DNA of 64,000 nucleotides, from the NCBI GenBank assembly GCA_009602725.1, contig WELB01000016.1:1002248-1066247 (forward strand), given 5' to 3'. The stretch comes from Spirogloea muscicola (Eukaryota). Made by a program: the position numbers and the translations under genes. The notes beneath the pieces are model-generated. The model ran no database searches, had not been told where the DNA came from, and was given only the letters and a program-made list of their open reading frames with translations. Positions 61,300-64,000 of the stretch are shown one piece after another; the stretch's first letter is position 1; each line of letters begins with the position of its first letter.

Positions 61300-64000
61300 T
61301 GCCACATTGGCTTCCTGCTCAACACAGCAGCGATGTCATAGCCTGACATGCATGCACGTCGAGCCAGACATTTGCATGCCAACCAAGTGTGTAGCCACCC
61401 AATGACACCAGTATCTTTGTTGCCTAGTCACTGACTTCGAGCCCAACTGTCAATGACAACTGCGAGGTATTGATATTGACGCCCAGGTCCCCTGAGGACT
61501 TGCAGAAGCTACAATGTGGTGCCTGTCTTCATACACGCAGCATGCATGCGATCATCTTGCCCGCTCTAGCGGAATTCTAATTACTGCAGTCAGTCCAGTA
61601 ATAGCCATGAAGTGGCCCTCTTAACAGATGCCGACGTGAATGTGGCTGGCAGTCAAACACCTTCACCTGCAAAGATTGTTGCGGCAGGCTGGTTGCGCCA
61701 GAAAACAGCGTACAGTGCGAGAATGAAGGAGGCCGAGGCTATAAACGCAAGCAGGGACTCTCTCCGCTCCATGTCGTCCACTTTTGCACTGCTTATTGTC
61801 AAGCAGCATTGATCCTTCAGTCAGACAAACGTCCAGGCAGCCCCAGGCAAGGGCATACAAGCATACAATCTTGAACAGCACTGATGATGCAGGGGTTTGA
61901 GCAAGGCAATCCTGATGCTTCCACAAAACCTCCATACAGTCTCATTCAAGACGTCCAGCACAGCGGAAACGTGCCAACCGGAGGTTTTCAAAGTCTGCCA
62001 GTGATGCCATAAGCTCCACTTGCGTATCCTTTTCCAACGTGACAAGCTCTCCACTCCTCTCCTCCTGCCACAAGAGCTCACAAAGACCATCTTGACAAGA
62101 ACCGACGACAAGGCACAGGATCTATGACAACGTCAGGTACGGCGGAGCAACAAGCAACATAGTCACCTCAGCAAGCAAGCCTAGAGTTGAGGTGCCCCTC
62201 AACATTCAGACCCGCTGCTTCCATGGAAGCATAGTGAGCTTACCAGGGTATGCAGCCGGGAGGCAAGAGCCGAGATAGTATTGCTGGTGTTGCTTAGCGT
62301 CCTCTGCAATGCTGTCAACTCTGCGTCATACTCACTCAATGTGACTACATACTTTTCACTGAGGTTGTCTATATACTGGTTGACGAGGGACTGGTTGAGC
62401 TCCAATGATCTGATCCTCTGCATCAGCGTTTTGAAGATGTAGTCGCCCCCTGCACGTGCAGCCATCTGGCTGCCAGCTGACAAAAGGGTCTCATCTTTCA
62501 TAGTAACGGGTTCCTGCTCAATGCCTGTCGTCACATTCTTGGTTGCCTCCTGAGCAAGTGGGAAGCTGCTGCCAGCATCGGTTACATTGAATGCAGCTGG
62601 AACTTCAGCGCCTGCTTCACGCATGTCACCCTGTGCACCTGCCAGGACTTCAACTGGGAGCTCGTCCAGTGCGCCCGGAGGTTCAGTATGCTCTGGCTTT
62701 CTCATGTCCAAGGAGATCTGTGTGCTACCACCAGTATCCTCCACTAACGCCGGGGGCATTGCAATCAATTTCATGTCACTGTCCTCTGGCTGGACAGCTT
62801 CTGCTGCTGCGAAGTGGGCCTCCCCAGTAACCAGCATGTTCTGCACTGTCTGACTTTCAGCAGCATGTGCAACGAGCAAGCTAGCCCCGCCAATTGTGGC
62901 AGGTTCTGCGGCTGCAGAGCTCGGCAATGAAAATGCAGGGCTTCCCTTGGGGTCGTCAAGAGCTGCAAGGTCCTCTTTCAAGCTCTCTAGGGCGTCCACG
63001 CCGTGGACGCGGACGAGACTAAGCGTGCAGTAGAATTCACCACCATGGTAAGTCTCCAACCGCAGCTTGACATAGCGTGCCCACGCTTGAGCAGCCTCGG
63101 GCACCTCAAAAACCTGTAGAAGCCCATGTGTTGCTGTGTAAGGGCAAGCGGGCCTGCATCCACATCTATCATCCCTTTGCAACATGGAGTGAATCAACGT
63201 ATATTATGTGAACCAGAGAAGCTTGCAGCAATGACCTGCGGCGTCCGAATGTTGAGCGCCGAGTAGTGACCAAGGGACTGCCAAGCTGCCGGTGGATGCT
63301 CCTGTGCTGCCTGCACTTCAAAGTCCTTGACGGAGGACGCGTAGTACTCAAAGTTGGAGATGACAACAGCATCCACGCGGGCTTCTTCACTGAGCTCGAT
63401 GACCACAAACTTTTCGTCTGGGCCACAGAAGCTTCTTCATGAGAGTCTTGGTTGATCTCAGCAGATTATAATCAGCAGGAACGCAATCTCACACAGCTCA
63501 CACCCGCCTTAACCATGTCGCGGGCACTGCCCATCGCAAAATAGGCCATGGGCCTAGCACATGGCTGGGCATGACAGCTCCCCTTGTGCGCAGGGGCAGA
63601 CGAGGCTCACCTGCAGAGCACGGGATGCGCAGGTACTTGTCCTTGTCTTCGTCAAGCACCGAGCTGGCACCCTTGGCCTCCTTGCTGTAGTCGATGACCT
63701 AGATAAAGGAGAGGCCTTGCAGGCCATGTCAGCTCCTTCCTCTCCACTCGCAGCACCTGGTGCTGCTGCCTAATGACAGCCTGCGGAAGGCCCTCTGACA
63801 GGCACTGACCTTAGCACCATGGGTAGCTGCAGCGTAGTTGTAGCGAGAGCCGTCGGTGCTGCTGCGCCTGGATGTCAGCTGCCGCAGAGGGCGGCTGTCC
63901 TTGGCGCCGGTGTCCAGTTGCTGCTGGAGAGCCCTCTTGAACTCATCCAGGCCGACGTGACGGAGCCTCAGTGGCCGGCCGGCTTCCGAAGCTGCCACGC
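61300..64000 (-). CDS. Mid-SUN domain protein (SUN3/4/5, SLP1/SUCO-like); 5' end beyond the window, 3' end approximate
   Basis: RYNYAAATHGAKV, EAKGASSVLDEDKDKYLRIPCS, FVVIELSEE..ISNFEYYASSVKDFEV, ARYVKLRL..YCTLSLVRVHG, IFKTLMQRIRSLELNQSL, and a C-terminal hydrophobic segment. Confidence 0.93.

Overview
Eukaryotic genomic DNA, most consistent with a green alga of the streptophyte lineage: intron-rich plant-type genes, telo-box motifs and very GC-rich 5' exons. Two compact gene blocks flank a transposon-rich interval. The left block (1-14 kb) holds a Pro-rich LRR protein, an F-box protein with a cullin-repeat-like domain, NADK3, TH2 (TenA-HAD) and UROD. The right block (49-64 kb) holds DUF2993, eIF4E, a PHD/PZP protein, UBC12/RCE1 and a mid-SUN protein. 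The interval (about 14.4-49 kb) contains two decayed Ty3/Gypsy elements and one near-complete CRE-like non-LTR retrotransposon with a restriction-like endonuclease (RLE). It also holds about 40 5'-truncated relatives of that element, which share a C-terminal 'SDLxLLTRGY*' peptide and a 3' stem-loop + TGGnnGnGC + (CTT)n terminal motif. A ~5 kb inverted duplication (26.2-31.4 / 34.2-39.1 kb) lies in the middle. Each arm carries an LTR-like segment with a tRNA-iMet primer-binding site, an intact and apparently purifying-selected 112-aa secreted 6-Cys protein with PCSK9-C-terminal/resistin-like spacing, and a decayed AT-rich ORF of unknown, possibly viral, origin. All family assignments come from recalled motifs, not database searches. 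Exon boundaries and element ends are approximate.
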